Of a stretch of DNA of 64,000 nucleotides, positions 28,236-38,581 are shown piece after piece. Source of the DNA: an uncultured Chryseobacterium sp. (GTDB lineage: Bacteria; Bacteroidota; Bacteroidia; Flavobacteriales_C; GCA-002722245); the NCBI GenBank assembly GCA_964406465.1, contig CAYORT010000012.1, forward strand, positions 7,653-71,652, in the 5' to 3' direction. Each line of letters starts with the position of its first letter. The first letter of the stretch is position 1. Under the pieces are notes generated by a model. That model saw only the letters and a program-made list of their open reading frames with translations, ran no database searches and was not told the origin of the DNA. A program made the position numbers and the translations under genes.

Positions 28236-29252
28236 TTAAAAACTAGTGAAATCACTCAAATTCTTGGTCAGCCTATCAAAGATGTAATACTGCAAAATGC
28301 ACAGTTCTTTATCGTTCGAGGTGATTCCAAAAAGTCTATCTACATCGTATTCAGTGTGTTGTCCTAAATAATTAACCTCGCCTGGTTGTGTTTTTCTTTT
28401 GTAGCCTTTCACCGTGTTTTTATTGTTTTTGGTATCGATTACGGTAATCACAAATTCGGGAGTAGTTCTTAAAAGAGAATCGCGTTTGCTAAGGTTGTTT
28501 TTGGTAACAAAACTTTCTGCTGCCACTTCTTTGTAGTTGAGCAAGTAAGTTTTTAGCGCTGCCATATTCACTTTGGGTGCAGCAACATCAGAGTAAAGGG
28601 GAAAGAGTTCAATTTTATTTTCGTCGATTTCAACTTTAAATGATTGCGCTTTGTTTTGCGGATATTCTACCATGATAGTTTTGATGCCCATTTCGGGGAA
28701 GTAGAAGAGGTGCGTGTCTCTCCACAGATCTTCATCTGAAGCATAGCGTTCTGTAAGATATCCTTCAAATCCTTCGATATGTGTTACGAAGGGAGTGGTA
28801 GAACTTTCTCCATCTTCGTTGAGCATGAGCATGTAGGTGCCTCTTGAATCCATGGTTTTGCCACCTACCCAGTAGCTTTTAATCAACTCGTCGTTGGCGT
28901 AAATTTGCACCCATTTGTGATGCACAGCCAACAAGCTGTTTAACTGTTTGATGCCTTCTTTTGGAATTCTGTTCTTTACTTTAACCTTATTGATGGTGGT
29001 GAGTAGGGTGGCCATTAAATCGGGACGCGCCATGAACTTTCCGTTTACTTTCCATGATTCGCCATTTTTGGTAAGTACTATAGAATCGTGGCCCTTTTCA
29101 CTAATGATAATTTCATCTATGGCTTCAATGTTTTTTACGCCAAAATCTCTCATTTCTTCTCTGTAGGCAGCGTCGTCATTGGGAGATAGCCACAAGTAGG
29201 CTGCAACACCAACAAGTACAAGAACTAAAACGATGATGATTTTGTTTTTCAT
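28236..29252 (-). CDS. DUF4340-like protein downstream of gldG
   Basis: N-terminal anchor, W.VNGKF.AR and WRDT motifs; 4-bp overlap with gldG. Confidence 0.7.
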   Translation of the reverse strand: MKNKIIIVLVLVLVGVAAYLWLSPNDDAAYREEMRDFGVKNIEAIDEIIISEKGHDSIVLTKNGESWKVNGKFMARPDLMATLLTTINKVKVKNRIPKEGIKQLNSLLAVHHKWVQIYANDELIKSYWVGGKTMDSRGTYMLMLNEDGESSTTPFVTHIEGFEGYLTERYASDEDLWRDTHLFYFPEMGIKTIMVEYPQNKAQSFKVEIDENKIELFPLYSDVAAPKVNMAALKTYLLNYKEVAAESFVTKNNLSKRDSLLRTTPEFVITVIDTKNNKNTVKGYKRKTQPGEVNYLGQHTEYDVDRLFGITSNDKELCILQYYIFDRLTKNLSDFTSF

Positions 29253-31012
29253 TTTCTGGCGTATTTTCTGGTCCTAACTGCATTATATAGGAAACCGAAA
29301 ATAACAATGAACACTAAAGGAACACCGATATTTACGGCTTTCACTTGATTTCCTTTTTCGCGAATTGTGGCTTTGTTAAGTAAGCGCATTTGAATCTTTT
29401 TTGATCTCGCTTGAATGATATCTTCATCGCCCATCAAGTAGTTGAAGGCATTCAATAAAAACTTCTTGTTGTCGAAATACAAACGGTTTTCTGGGTCGGC
29501 ACCTAACGGCATTGGCTGTCCTCTTACAAAGTCGTTTTTAGCTATGTCACCATCAGAGATTACCAACATTTTGGTTGGTTTACTAAGGTCTTTTTTAAGG
29601 GCGTTACCGAAAGGAGCAATTCTGTTTTTGTAATAGGAGTTGAATACTCCTTCTAATAGAACGGCAACAGGTTTTTTGCCATCATTGAAACTTGAATCTG
29701 GGCCGTTTATCGCTGCATCAAAACTTACTCTAACTGGAGCTCTTACAATTTTTGAGTTTTCGCTTGTTGTTAAAAGAATAGTTTTACTTGTTCCAGGAGT
29801 TGGAATAGTATCAATTGTACTTGCAAATTTTAATTTAATAGGATCTAGATTTGTAGTAATTACATTTTCGTTATCTGTTGCGATTATTGGGAAGTATACC
29901 CATTGCATTTGTTTGTAATTATCATCTTTTCCAAATTTCCCCACCTGCATGGTGATAGGTGCGCAAAGTGCATCTTCAATAATATTATTGTTAATTCTGA
30001 TGCCATAGTTGTACAACATTTCTTCGGTGTTAAGCTTGTTGATCATGGCAGGGAAGAGGTTGCTCACGCGCAAGCTATCCATCTCGGCTTTTACTTGATC
30101 AATCATCCATACGGTAACACCACCTCTCATAATAAATTGGTCGATAACAAATTTTTCTTCTTCCGACAACATCTTTGCATCGATGTTTTTGTCGTTAGGA
30201 AAGTATTGACGGTTGATGGCATTTAAAACATTGAGGTCATCTTGATTTCTTGGTTTAGCAATCACCAAAGCATCAATTTCATCGAGGGCATCTTTTTGCA
30301 CAATGCCGTTGGTATCGGTAAGCATTACAGGGCCAGTCATGTAATAATCTGATAAAGCCATTGCAATATCGTTCACATATCGTCCATCCAACTCACCATG
30401 GCCTTGTAAAAATCCAACTACTTTATAATCTTTCTTAGCCTTTTTTAGAATTCTAATAGCAGTAGTTAAGTTGTGTTCTAGGTTTTGCATCGATTTGTTA
30501 AGCGCCTCAATATGATTGCCCACAATCTCTGTATTTAAAACATTTACTGGATAATTTTTGCCTTTATAATACACCATTACGCCAGGCACTATATAAACCT
30601 GCTTGGTTCCGTTTTCAGTTTTTTCTGAAACATTGGTATACTGCAAACCTTTTTGAGTTAAATCTCTAATAAACTCTTCGTGATTTTCCACCGAATAAGG
30701 GTCGATAAACTCGTATTCGATATTGTCGGGATTTATATTTCTAAACTCTTCTAATCTACCTTTTATTTGTTCTCTAAACTCAACAAATTTAGAAGGCAGG
30801 TTATCACCGGTTAAGTAAACCTTAAACTCTACTACATCATCTAAATTGCTAATTAAGTTAACGGTAGCATCGGTAAGTGTAAATCTTTTATCGGCAGTTA
30901 AATCGAGACGAACATATTTTTTAGTGGCAATAAAATTCACCACTACTAAAATTGCTATAGCAGCAATAAACTTAATGATGTCGCTATTTTTTCTTTTGTT
31001 TTTCATTACCAT
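29249..31012 (-). CDS. gldG: Gliding motility ABC transporter auxiliary protein
   Basis: RLDLTADKRFTL, YLTGD, EYEFIDP, GHGEL, DQFIMRGG and ISDGD; follows gldF. Confidence 0.92.
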   Translation of the reverse strand: MVMKNKRKNSDIIKFIAAIAILVVVNFIATKKYVRLDLTADKRFTLTDATVNLISNLDDVVEFKVYLTGDNLPSKFVEFREQIKGRLEEFRNINPDNIEYEFIDPYSVENHEEFIRDLTQKGLQYTNVSEKTENGTKQVYIVPGVMVYYKGKNYPVNVLNTEIVGNHIEALNKSMQNLEHNLTTAIRILKKAKKDYKVVGFLQGHGELDGRYVNDIAMALSDYYMTGPVMLTDTNGIVQKDALDEIDALVIAKPRNQDDLNVLNAINRQYFPNDKNIDAKMLSEEEKFVIDQFIMRGGVTVWMIDQVKAEMDSLRVSNLFPAMINKLNTEEMLYNYGIRINNNIIEDALCAPITMQVGKFGKDDNYKQMQWVYFPIIATDNENVITTNLDPIKLKFASTIDTIPTPGTSKTILLTTSENSKIVRAPVRVSFDAAINGPDSSFNDGKKPVAVLLEGVFNSYYKNRIAPFGNALKKDLSKPTKMLVISDGDIAKNDFVRGQPMPLGADPENRLYFDNKKFLLNAFNYLMGDEDIIQARSKKIQMRLLNKATIREKGNQVKAVNIGVPLVFIVIFGFLYNAVRTRKYARK

Positions 31013-31746
31013 TTTCTTGCGCTAAGCACCAATTTAGTCAACAAAATAAAAAATGTAATTGCAGTGAAATAGTATACTACATCTCTCGAGTCAATTTGTC
31101 CCTGACTCACCGAATAGTAGTGGTAAGAGATGCCCAGTTGATTTACCAGCAAATCGTATTTGCCAAAGAAGTTCAATTCTGAGATGAACTCAAAACCGAT
31201 ATAACAGAAAATACAAAGTACGATAGAAATGATTAACGCAATGATTTGGTTTTTGGTCACCGATGAAGAAAAAATACCTATTGAGATGAATATGGCGCCA
31301 AGCAGGAAGAGTCCGATATACGAGCCTAAAGTTGCCCCTCTATCTATGTTTCCTTGCGGAGCACCTAAGCTGTACACCGTAAAATAGTACACAATAGTAG
31401 GAAGAAGGGTAAGTGCTAAAATGACAATGTTGGCAAGATATTTAGCCAAAACAATTTGAAGGTCGCTAATAGGTTTGGTAACGATTAACTCAAGAGTACC
31501 AAGTAATTTTTCATCGGCAAAAGAGCGCATGGTCATGGCTGGAATGAGCAAAAGGTAAAGCCAAGGAGCCATGGCAAACAAGGGTTCTAAGGTTGCGAAT
31601 CCCGAATCTAAAATATTGTTGTTGCTGCCGCTATCTGGAATAATAAAAAGGAACAAGCCTGTAGCCACCAAAAACGCACAAATAATAACATATCCGATGA
31701 GCGAGCCGAAAAAACTTTTTATTTCTTTAGAGAATAAAGCGAACAT
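31006..31746 (-). CDS. gldF: Gliding motility ABC transporter permease
   Basis: KEIKSFFGSLIGY, IPAMTMRSFADEK..GTLEL, TKNQIIA and DSRDVVYY. Start moved to ATG 31746. Confidence 0.93.
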   Translation of the reverse strand: MFALFSKEIKSFFGSLIGYVIICAFLVATGLFLFIIPDSGSNNNILDSGFATLEPLFAMAPWLYLLLIPAMTMRSFADEKLLGTLELIVTKPISDLQIVLAKYLANIVILALTLLPTIVYYFTVYSLGAPQGNIDRGATLGSYIGLFLLGAIFISIGIFSSSVTKNQIIALIISIVLCIFCYIGFEFISELNFFGKYDLLVNQLGISYHYYSVSQGQIDSRDVVYYFTAITFFILLTKLVLSARKW

Positions 31747-31785
31747 GGCGTAAAAATAGAAAAAAGTTTTAACTATTTTCGTGTA

Positions 31786-32433
31786 ATGCAAATCACTCAT
31801 CTTAGCGATTCTAACAAGATTTTACTAGACCAAGGAAAGATGCTTCCTGTGATGGAAGAGTTCTATACCATTCAAGGTGAGGGCGCTAACACTGGTAAGC
31901 CTGCCTATTTCATTAGAGTAGGAGGCTGTGATGTGGGCTGTCATTGGTGCGATGTAAAAGAATCATGGAATCCTGCATTGCATCCTTTAAAGAGTGTTGA
32001 TGAGGTGGTGCAAGCCGCATTGAAGTTTCCGGCGAGCGATATTGTGATTACTGGCGGCGAGCCAACGATCTATAATTTAGAGTACTTAACAGAGCAACTT
32101 ACAAAGCACGGTAAGCAGGTTTTTTTGGAAACTTCTGGAGCTTATCCACTAACAGGAAACTGGCATTGGATTTGCCTTTCACCAAAGAAGACTGCTCCAC
32201 CAATGAACGATATTTACGCCAAAGCACACGAGTTGAAAGTGATTATTTTTAATCATAACGATTTTAAATGGGCCGAGGAACACGCAGCAAAGGTGAGCAG
32301 CACTTGCAGGTTGTACATGCAACCCGAATGGAGCAAAAGCAAAGAAATGTTGAATGCCATTATTGATTATGTGCAACAGCATCCACGATGGAATATATCA
32401 CTGCAGACTCATAAATTTATGGGGATACCGTGA
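31786..32433 (+). CDS. queE: 7-carboxy-7-deazaguanine synthase (radical SAM)
   Basis: EEFYTIQGEG, CDVGCHWCD, ITGGEP, LETSG, SPK and SLQTHK. Confidence 0.92.
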   Translation: MQITHLSDSNKILLDQGKMLPVMEEFYTIQGEGANTGKPAYFIRVGGCDVGCHWCDVKESWNPALHPLKSVDEVVQAALKFPASDIVITGGEPTIYNLEYLTEQLTKHGKQVFLETSGAYPLTGNWHWICLSPKKTAPPMNDIYAKAHELKVIIFNHNDFKWAEEHAAKVSSTCRLYMQPEWSKSKEMLNAIIDYVQQHPRWNISLQTHKFMGIP

Positions 32434-32507
32434 GGAATGAATGTTAAGCGTTCTTATGAAGTTAGTGACGCACGCTAAAAAAAAACAGACTTTAAATAAT
32501 ATCAAGC

Positions 32508-34454
32508 ATGAAATTAATCTTCACTTTTTTTATATCGCTAGTAATGTTAGGCTGCCTATCGGCTCAAACACCAAAGCAGAAATATACCATCACTTCTAAA
32601 AAGGCGATTGAATATTTTGAGTCGGCGCAAAGTGCGATGATGATAGATAGTTTAAACGAAGCTCTATCGTTGGCCAATAAAGCTATTGATAAAGAGCCGC
32701 TTTTTGCCGAAGCTTATTTATTGAGAAGCTATGTTTATGCCGATAGAAAAGAATACAAAACAGCTATTGAAAACATTGAGAAGGCAATATCTATCAATGC
32801 CGACTTCTTTCCAGCGATGTATCTTGATTTGGGCGGATTGTATTTTGAAATTCATGAGTTCGACAAATCGAAAGAAATACTCACCAAGTATCTTCAAAAA
32901 TACAAGCCAGGTGAAAAACTTAAGCCTAAAGCAGAAAGAATTATTGCCAATTGCGACTTCTCTAAATGGGCAATGGCTAGACCAGTGGATATTAATCCGG
33001 TGAATGCCGGACCGGAAATTAACTCCATTAACAAAGACTACAATCCAGTTATTACGGTGGATGGAGAGTTGTTTATGGTAACTAGAACTATTCCCGATAA
33101 ATCGGCAAGAATGGGTGCACAAGAAGATTTTTATGTATCTAACTGGGATGGACAAGCATGGACTACCGCGCAAAACATGGGTTCACCCATCAATTCGCAT
33201 TTGAATGAAGGTGCACCTACCTTTTCTGCCGATGGCAAAATTATGATTTTTGTAATTATTGGCGATGAAGGAAATTATGGTCCAGGCAGAACAGGAATGG
33301 GCAGCGGTGATTTGTTTTTTTGTCAGAAAATAAATGGAAAATGGACTGCACCTAAAAATTTGGGAGCAGTAGTAAATTCACGAAATAATGATACTCAACC
33401 TTCATTGTCGGCCGACGGAAAAACATTGTACTTCTCGTCTAACCGCCCTGGCGGTTTCGGTACATCCGATTTATATGTCACAAAATATACTGCTACCGGC
33501 TGGACTATCCCCGAAAATCTTGGTCCGAAAATAAACACCACCGAAATAGAAGATGGTGTGTTTATTCATCCTAACAATCAAGTGTTGTATTTTTCATCTG
33601 CTGGTTTACCGGGGTTGGGGCAACGAGATATTTACATGTGTAAACGCCAGTTTGATGGCACATGGGGTGCACCAATTAATTTGGGTTACCCTATCAACAC
33701 AAGCGAATCAGAAAGAAGTTTGTTTATCGATGCCAAAGGTGATTTCGCTTATTTTTCTTCCGACCGACCAGGTGGTGTGGGCGATTTAGATATCTATAAA
33801 TTTAAAATGCCGCAATCACTTAAGCCCGAGCCAGTAACTTATATGAAAGGTGTGGTGTACGATGCAGTGACCAAACAACCTTTGAATGCTCAATTTGAAT
33901 TGTTGGATTTGCAAACAGGCAAACAAGTTTACTCCTCATCTTCTGATGCCAAAGATGGTTCGTTTTTGGTTTGTTTGCCAACTGGCAGAAATTATGCTTT
34001 AAATGTGCAAGCCGACAATGGTTATTTGTTCTTTACCGAAAATTTTGAGCTTACGAATCCTAAAAATGGGGAAGATGCCTATAGAAAAGATGTGCCTCTC
34101 AATAAAATGTTGAAAGACGCTACCGTTGTGCTTAAGAATGTTTTCTTCGATACCGATTCGTACGATTTGAAACCCGAGTCGAAAGTTGAGTTGGATAAAT
34201 TGGTTCAGTTTTTAAATGACAATGTATCGCTTAAAATAGAGTTGGGCGGACATACCGACAATCAAGGTGATAAGAAACACAATCAGGTTTTATCATTGAG
34301 AAGAGCTACTGCTGTGAGAGATTATTTAGTTGCTCAAGGTATCTCTGCCGATAGATTGACAGTAAGTGGTTATGCCGATTTAAAACCAATTGATAGCAAT
34401 GATACAGAGAAGGGGAGAGCACTTAATAGAAGAATGGAGTTTAAGGTGTTGTAG
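32508..34454 (+). CDS. TPR + PD40 + OmpA-like peptidoglycan-binding protein (PorE-like architecture)
   Basis: N-terminal TPR helices, repeated P..SADG/SSNRPGG, and C-terminal GHTDN...LS..RA...NRRMEF. Confidence 0.9.
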   Translation: MKLIFTFFISLVMLGCLSAQTPKQKYTITSKKAIEYFESAQSAMMIDSLNEALSLANKAIDKEPLFAEAYLLRSYVYADRKEYKTAIENIEKAISINADFFPAMYLDLGGLYFEIHEFDKSKEILTKYLQKYKPGEKLKPKAERIIANCDFSKWAMARPVDINPVNAGPEINSINKDYNPVITVDGELFMVTRTIPDKSARMGAQEDFYVSNWDGQAWTTAQNMGSPINSHLNEGAPTFSADGKIMIFVIIGDEGNYGPGRTGMGSGDLFFCQKINGKWTAPKNLGAVVNSRNNDTQPSLSADGKTLYFSSNRPGGFGTSDLYVTKYTATGWTIPENLGPKINTTEIEDGVFIHPNNQVLYFSSAGLPGLGQRDIYMCKRQFDGTWGAPINLGYPINTSESERSLFIDAKGDFAYFSSDRPGGVGDLDIYKFKMPQSLKPEPVTYMKGVVYDAVTKQPLNAQFELLDLQTGKQVYSSSSDAKDGSFLVCLPTGRNYALNVQADNGYLFFTENFELTNPKNGEDAYRKDVPLNKMLKDATVVLKNVFFDTDSYDLKPESKVELDKLVQFLNDNVSLKIELGGHTDNQGDKKHNQVLSLRRATAVRDYLVAQGISADRLTVSGYADLKPIDSNDTEKGRALNRRMEFKVL

Positions 34455-34462
34455 TCGAGATT

Positions 34463-35509
34463 TTAAGCGAAATCTTCTTTAAGCAAATCGGTAAATTTCT
34501 TCTTTCCTTTTAGAAAGTACTGTTTAACAATACTTCTCTTGTAGATTCTAGGAAGATCTTTGTTTCTGATAGTATTTTGAATATGTCTTCTTTTTTTCAA
34601 TGTTTTAGGTAGGGTAGCATAAAAGCGCATGTGCGCGCGAAACACAGCGAAGGCATGAGTGAAGTCTCTATCAAAAACAAACTTCATAGCTGCAATGCCA
34701 TCTAAAATCATCTTGTACAAAATGTTTGGAAACAAGTTTTTGGTGGGTAGGTTTTTAACCAACATCACCAAGTTGTTTCTAAAATTTAGATAAGGCTTCA
34801 TCGGATTGTTAGAAGGTAAGGTTCCTCCGCCAATATGATAAATTTTAGAATGAGGGGTGTACATGATTTTGTAGCCCAAATTCTTAATTCTCCAGCACAA
34901 ATCTATTTCTTCTTGGTGCGCAAAAAAGTCTTCGTCTAAACCGCCAGCTTCCCAATAAATTTCACTTCTCACCATCATACATGCGCCGGTAGCCCAAAAG
35001 ATTTCGTCTACTTCGTCGTATTGTCCGTGATCCTCCTCTACATCTTGAAAGAGTCTTCCTTTACAAAAAGGATATCCCATGTAATCAATAAATCCGCCAG
35101 CGCCACCAGCATATTCAAATTTTGTTTTGTGATCGTACCACAAAATTTTGGGCTGACAAACACCAAAAGTCTTATCACTTTCCATCAATTCATAAAGCGG
35201 TTCAATCCAGTTTGGAGTGACTTCAATATCTGAATTAAGTAAGATGTAATAAGGTGTTTTAATTTGTTGAAGAGCCAAGTTGTAGCCTCGAGCAAAACCT
35301 TCATTGCCGGGATTGATAATAATTTCAATCTCGGGGTAATTGGCTTTCATAAAAGCTACTGAATCATCAGATGATTGATTATCGGCAATAACAATATTTG
35401 CATAATTAGGCAGGCTATTTTTCAACACCGGAAGAAATCTTTCCAGGTATCGTTTACCGTTCCAATTAAGAATTACGATCGCAACTTTTATATCTTGGTT
35501 TTCCAACAT
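34463..35509 (-). CDS. Glycosyltransferase family 2
   Basis: VILNWNG, ADNQSSDDS, LLNSD, WATGACM, FFAHQEEIDLCWR and HIGGG. Confidence 0.93.
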   Translation of the reverse strand: MLENQDIKVAIVILNWNGKRYLERFLPVLKNSLPNYANIVIADNQSSDDSVAFMKANYPEIEIIINPGNEGFARGYNLALQQIKTPYYILLNSDIEVTPNWIEPLYELMESDKTFGVCQPKILWYDHKTKFEYAGGAGGFIDYMGYPFCKGRLFQDVEEDHGQYDEVDEIFWATGACMMVRSEIYWEAGGLDEDFFAHQEEIDLCWRIKNLGYKIMYTPHSKIYHIGGGTLPSNNPMKPYLNFRNNLVMLVKNLPTKNLFPNILYKMILDGIAAMKFVFDRDFTHAFAVFRAHMRFYATLPKTLKKRRHIQNTIRNKDLPRIYKRSIVKQYFLKGKKKFTDLLKEDFA

Positions 35510-35574
35510 GGGGTTGTAAATATAGATAAGATTGGCTGAACCAAAAAGGGTTGCATGAAATTCGGTATTTAAAC

Positions 35575-35607
35575 AAAAAATCCTCCCGTTTTCACGAGAG
35601 GATTTTT
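35575..35607 (-). terminator. Intrinsic terminator of the T9SS type B protein gene
   Basis: aaaaatcctc...gaggattttt stem. Confidence 0.75.
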
Positions 35608-35626
35608 ACGTATTTATGGTGATGAA

Positions 35627-38500
35627 TTATTCGAAAATCACTTGCACCCAACCAGTTCTTTCGCCTTCGTTGTTGGCAGTATCTGTCCATTTTACTATCC
35701 AGTAGTAAACACCAGGAGAAACGGCATTTCCATTGAATTTACCATCCCACTCAGGTATTGCAATGTTCTCGTTTTTGTACATTAAGATTCCCCAGCGATC
35801 ATAAACTTCGAAGTGTACTTTTTTCAGTTTACCAAGCGTTTCATTGGTTACCCAGAAAGGATAGAAATGGTCGTTTTTGCCGTCACCATTTGGAGTGAAA
35901 ACGTTAGGGAAATCCCATTTCAATTCTGTACATTTTTCGGTTAAAACGATAGACGCAGTATCTGCACAACCACCAATATTGGTAACAATAACTGTTATTG
36001 TACCTGCTGTTGCTGCAGTGTAAAAAGTATCAGTACTTAATGTTCCATTCCATTTAATGGTATTGAAAGTATCAGGGATGCTTACAGTGTATTTTTGACC
36101 TTCGGTAAAACACTTAGAAGTATCGGCTGGAAGGTCAACTGTAGGAGAAGGAGAAATAGAGAAAGTAGCGTTGTCTGTACCTTTACAATTTCTAGCATCT
36201 GTAACTTCCACTGTGTATGTGCCACCAGTGTTGTAAACTTTACTTGCACCACCTGCAACATTGTCCCACTCGTAAGTTAAAGGAGCGGTTTGAATTCCTG
36301 TAACAGTAGCTGTTAAGGTAGCAGAACCACCGGCACAAGAATTAGGAGGGTTGTTTAAAGATACGTTTAGCGGAGCACCCGCATTAACTTGTACAAATAT
36401 GGTGTCTTTACAGTTTTGATTGTTTTCTACGATTACCCAATGTTTACCAGTAGTTGAAATATTGGTAGACTGACCAGTAGTAGCGTTATCCCATAAATAT
36501 GAAACAGCAACCGGAACACTAATGTTTACCGAACCACCAGCACAAACCGAAGTGTCGATTGGAGTTGTTGTAGGCAATGCCTTTTGTGTAACAACGATAG
36601 TGTCTTTTGAAATACAAGCATTTGAGTTGTTAGTGGTAGTTAAGTAATAATTACCAGCAGATTTCGCATATTTTGAAACTGAAGTTTCACCAGCAGGTGT
36701 CCATACATAACTGTAAGCACCAGCTGCACCAGATATTTGAACAGAGTCACCAGCACAGAAGCTGAAAGTTTTCACCGGAGCATTGTTTGGCGCAGGTTTA
36801 ACAGTTACGTGTTCTTGAGTGGTGTCGGGACAACCAGCACCAGCGTTACTTAATGTAAATACGATGGTGTAATCACCAGGATTCGCATTCAATTTTGTTT
36901 TAAACCAAGGAGCGCTTATGGTAGCATTCGTTTTACCAACTGCCGGAGGAGGGGTTAAGCCAATACTCCAAGTACCTGTGCCAGCTGTTACTAATGAACT
37001 TAGGTTGATAGAGTCTCCCGGACAAATTGGCGCTGAAGGAGCATTTGTGCCAAGCGGAGAACAACAACTTTTCACTGTGATCGTGATTGAATCTAATTCA
37101 ATACAAGGCTCTTGTCCGAAGTAAACCTTTACAACTGTTGAATCATTGTTGTTGAGTCCGGGATTAAATAAACCTTGAGCATTTACAAAGCCAGAAGGTT
37201 TAGATGACCAACTTCCAAAAGCAGGAGTAGCAGTTAAGTAGAAAGCCGAAGTAGAGTCGCAAATTTTAGCAGCTACCGGAGTGATTTTTGTTTTAGTAGT
37301 AATGGTATCGAAGCGAGGGAAATAAGTTTGAGGTAAGCCCAACCATACTTCACCGTTGTTACCAGTTGAATATCCATTAACCGAGAAACCTGCTGCGCCA
37401 CCTGTTGCAGCGTTAGGATTAGCAATTACTGCTAAATCGTGTGATTGAAATTCTGTATAACCGTTGATGCTGGTTTCTTTACCCACATAAATTTTACCAT
37501 CTCTTCCTAAAACCATTTCACCGAAGTGACCAGAAGCGGCAACAGTAGTTAAAGCACCAGTTAAAATGTTGAATTGATGAATACCTGTATTACCAACCGA
37601 TTGATCTGAATAATAGAACTTATAGCCATCTGGTGACCATTCTGAACCATAATAGCCGAGAGTACCAACTTGGCCATCGCCATTCGGACCAAAGGTGCTT
37701 GAAGACACAATACCTGTTTTCTTATCGAAGTTGAAAATCCATGCCCCCATACCGTTTCCGTATGCCATACCTAGTAAGTTACCACTCGGACTCAAAGCCA
37801 AAGTACCTCTACCACCGTCACTTTTATTTGGAATAACTGGTCCGGCAGCCGAAATAACCGGAGTACCAATACCACCTGCAGAAACAGGGTAAACCGCAAA
37901 TTGATTTGAAGCACCTACGTGAGTTAAAACCCAAGTAGTGTCGCAGCTTTTAGCCACTGCAGTCATTGCTTCTGTACATTTTTGATTAACACCATCGCGA
38001 ATCACAACATCTGTTTGAACAAAATCACCAAGTCCGCCATTTAAGGTCATATCAATGATGTTGTATCTAAATCCATTGGGAACCGGATTGGTAACATCTT
38101 CCATGGTGAAAAGATAATATTGATTAGGGTTACCAGGAACTGGCATGCTTAAAGCTCCTTGAGCAGAACTTGAAGACCAACCACCATTATTGTCGGCTTG
38201 CCCACCACGTAGCATAACACCACCACCCATTTTCACGTGGTTTTTATTGTAAACATAAACCCCATCAGAGTAGAAAAGTACGTTACCAGAACCATCTGAT
38301 ACTACGGTACATCCTTCATAATATGCTCTAGCACTTTGACTATTGGCACCTGTAGGCGAGTTACCTACGCCCGTAAATTTGAGTCCGGTTTGCCCGCCCA
38401 AATTCCAACCTCCAAAATACCACAATTCATTTTGTGCATTTAAGTTTGCAGAAATGCAAAGCAATGTTAAGGCTAACGCCTTCAGTAATTTTTTTTTCAT
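35627..38500 (-). CDS. T9SS-secreted surface protein with type B (gliding-motility-associated) C-terminal domain
   Basis: N-terminal WYFG propeller, Thr-rich Ig-like repeats with Y.V.VT...C, and C-terminal FPNVFTPNGDGKNDHF...YDRWG...WDG...GVYYW. Confidence 0.92.
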   Translation of the reverse strand: MKKKLLKALALTLLCISANLNAQNELWYFGGWNLGGQTGLKFTGVGNSPTGANSQSARAYYEGCTVVSDGSGNVLFYSDGVYVYNKNHVKMGGGVMLRGGQADNNGGWSSSSAQGALSMPVPGNPNQYYLFTMEDVTNPVPNGFRYNIIDMTLNGGLGDFVQTDVVIRDGVNQKCTEAMTAVAKSCDTTWVLTHVGASNQFAVYPVSAGGIGTPVISAAGPVIPNKSDGGRGTLALSPSGNLLGMAYGNGMGAWIFNFDKKTGIVSSSTFGPNGDGQVGTLGYYGSEWSPDGYKFYYSDQSVGNTGIHQFNILTGALTTVAASGHFGEMVLGRDGKIYVGKETSINGYTEFQSHDLAVIANPNAATGGAAGFSVNGYSTGNNGEVWLGLPQTYFPRFDTITTKTKITPVAAKICDSTSAFYLTATPAFGSWSSKPSGFVNAQGLFNPGLNNNDSTVVKVYFGQEPCIELDSITITVKSCCSPLGTNAPSAPICPGDSINLSSLVTAGTGTWSIGLTPPPAVGKTNATISAPWFKTKLNANPGDYTIVFTLSNAGAGCPDTTQEHVTVKPAPNNAPVKTFSFCAGDSVQISGAAGAYSYVWTPAGETSVSKYAKSAGNYYLTTTNNSNACISKDTIVVTQKALPTTTPIDTSVCAGGSVNISVPVAVSYLWDNATTGQSTNISTTGKHWVIVENNQNCKDTIFVQVNAGAPLNVSLNNPPNSCAGGSATLTATVTGIQTAPLTYEWDNVAGGASKVYNTGGTYTVEVTDARNCKGTDNATFSISPSPTVDLPADTSKCFTEGQKYTVSIPDTFNTIKWNGTLSTDTFYTAATAGTITVIVTNIGGCADTASIVLTEKCTELKWDFPNVFTPNGDGKNDHFYPFWVTNETLGKLKKVHFEVYDRWGILMYKNENIAIPEWDGKFNGNAVSPGVYYWIVKWTDTANNEGERTGWVQVIFE

Positions 38501-38581
38501 AATTAATTAATACCCCTTGTAATAATGCGTGCAAGATAAACAAAAATGGGAAAAACGACAATAAGTAGTTTACCTCAGGTA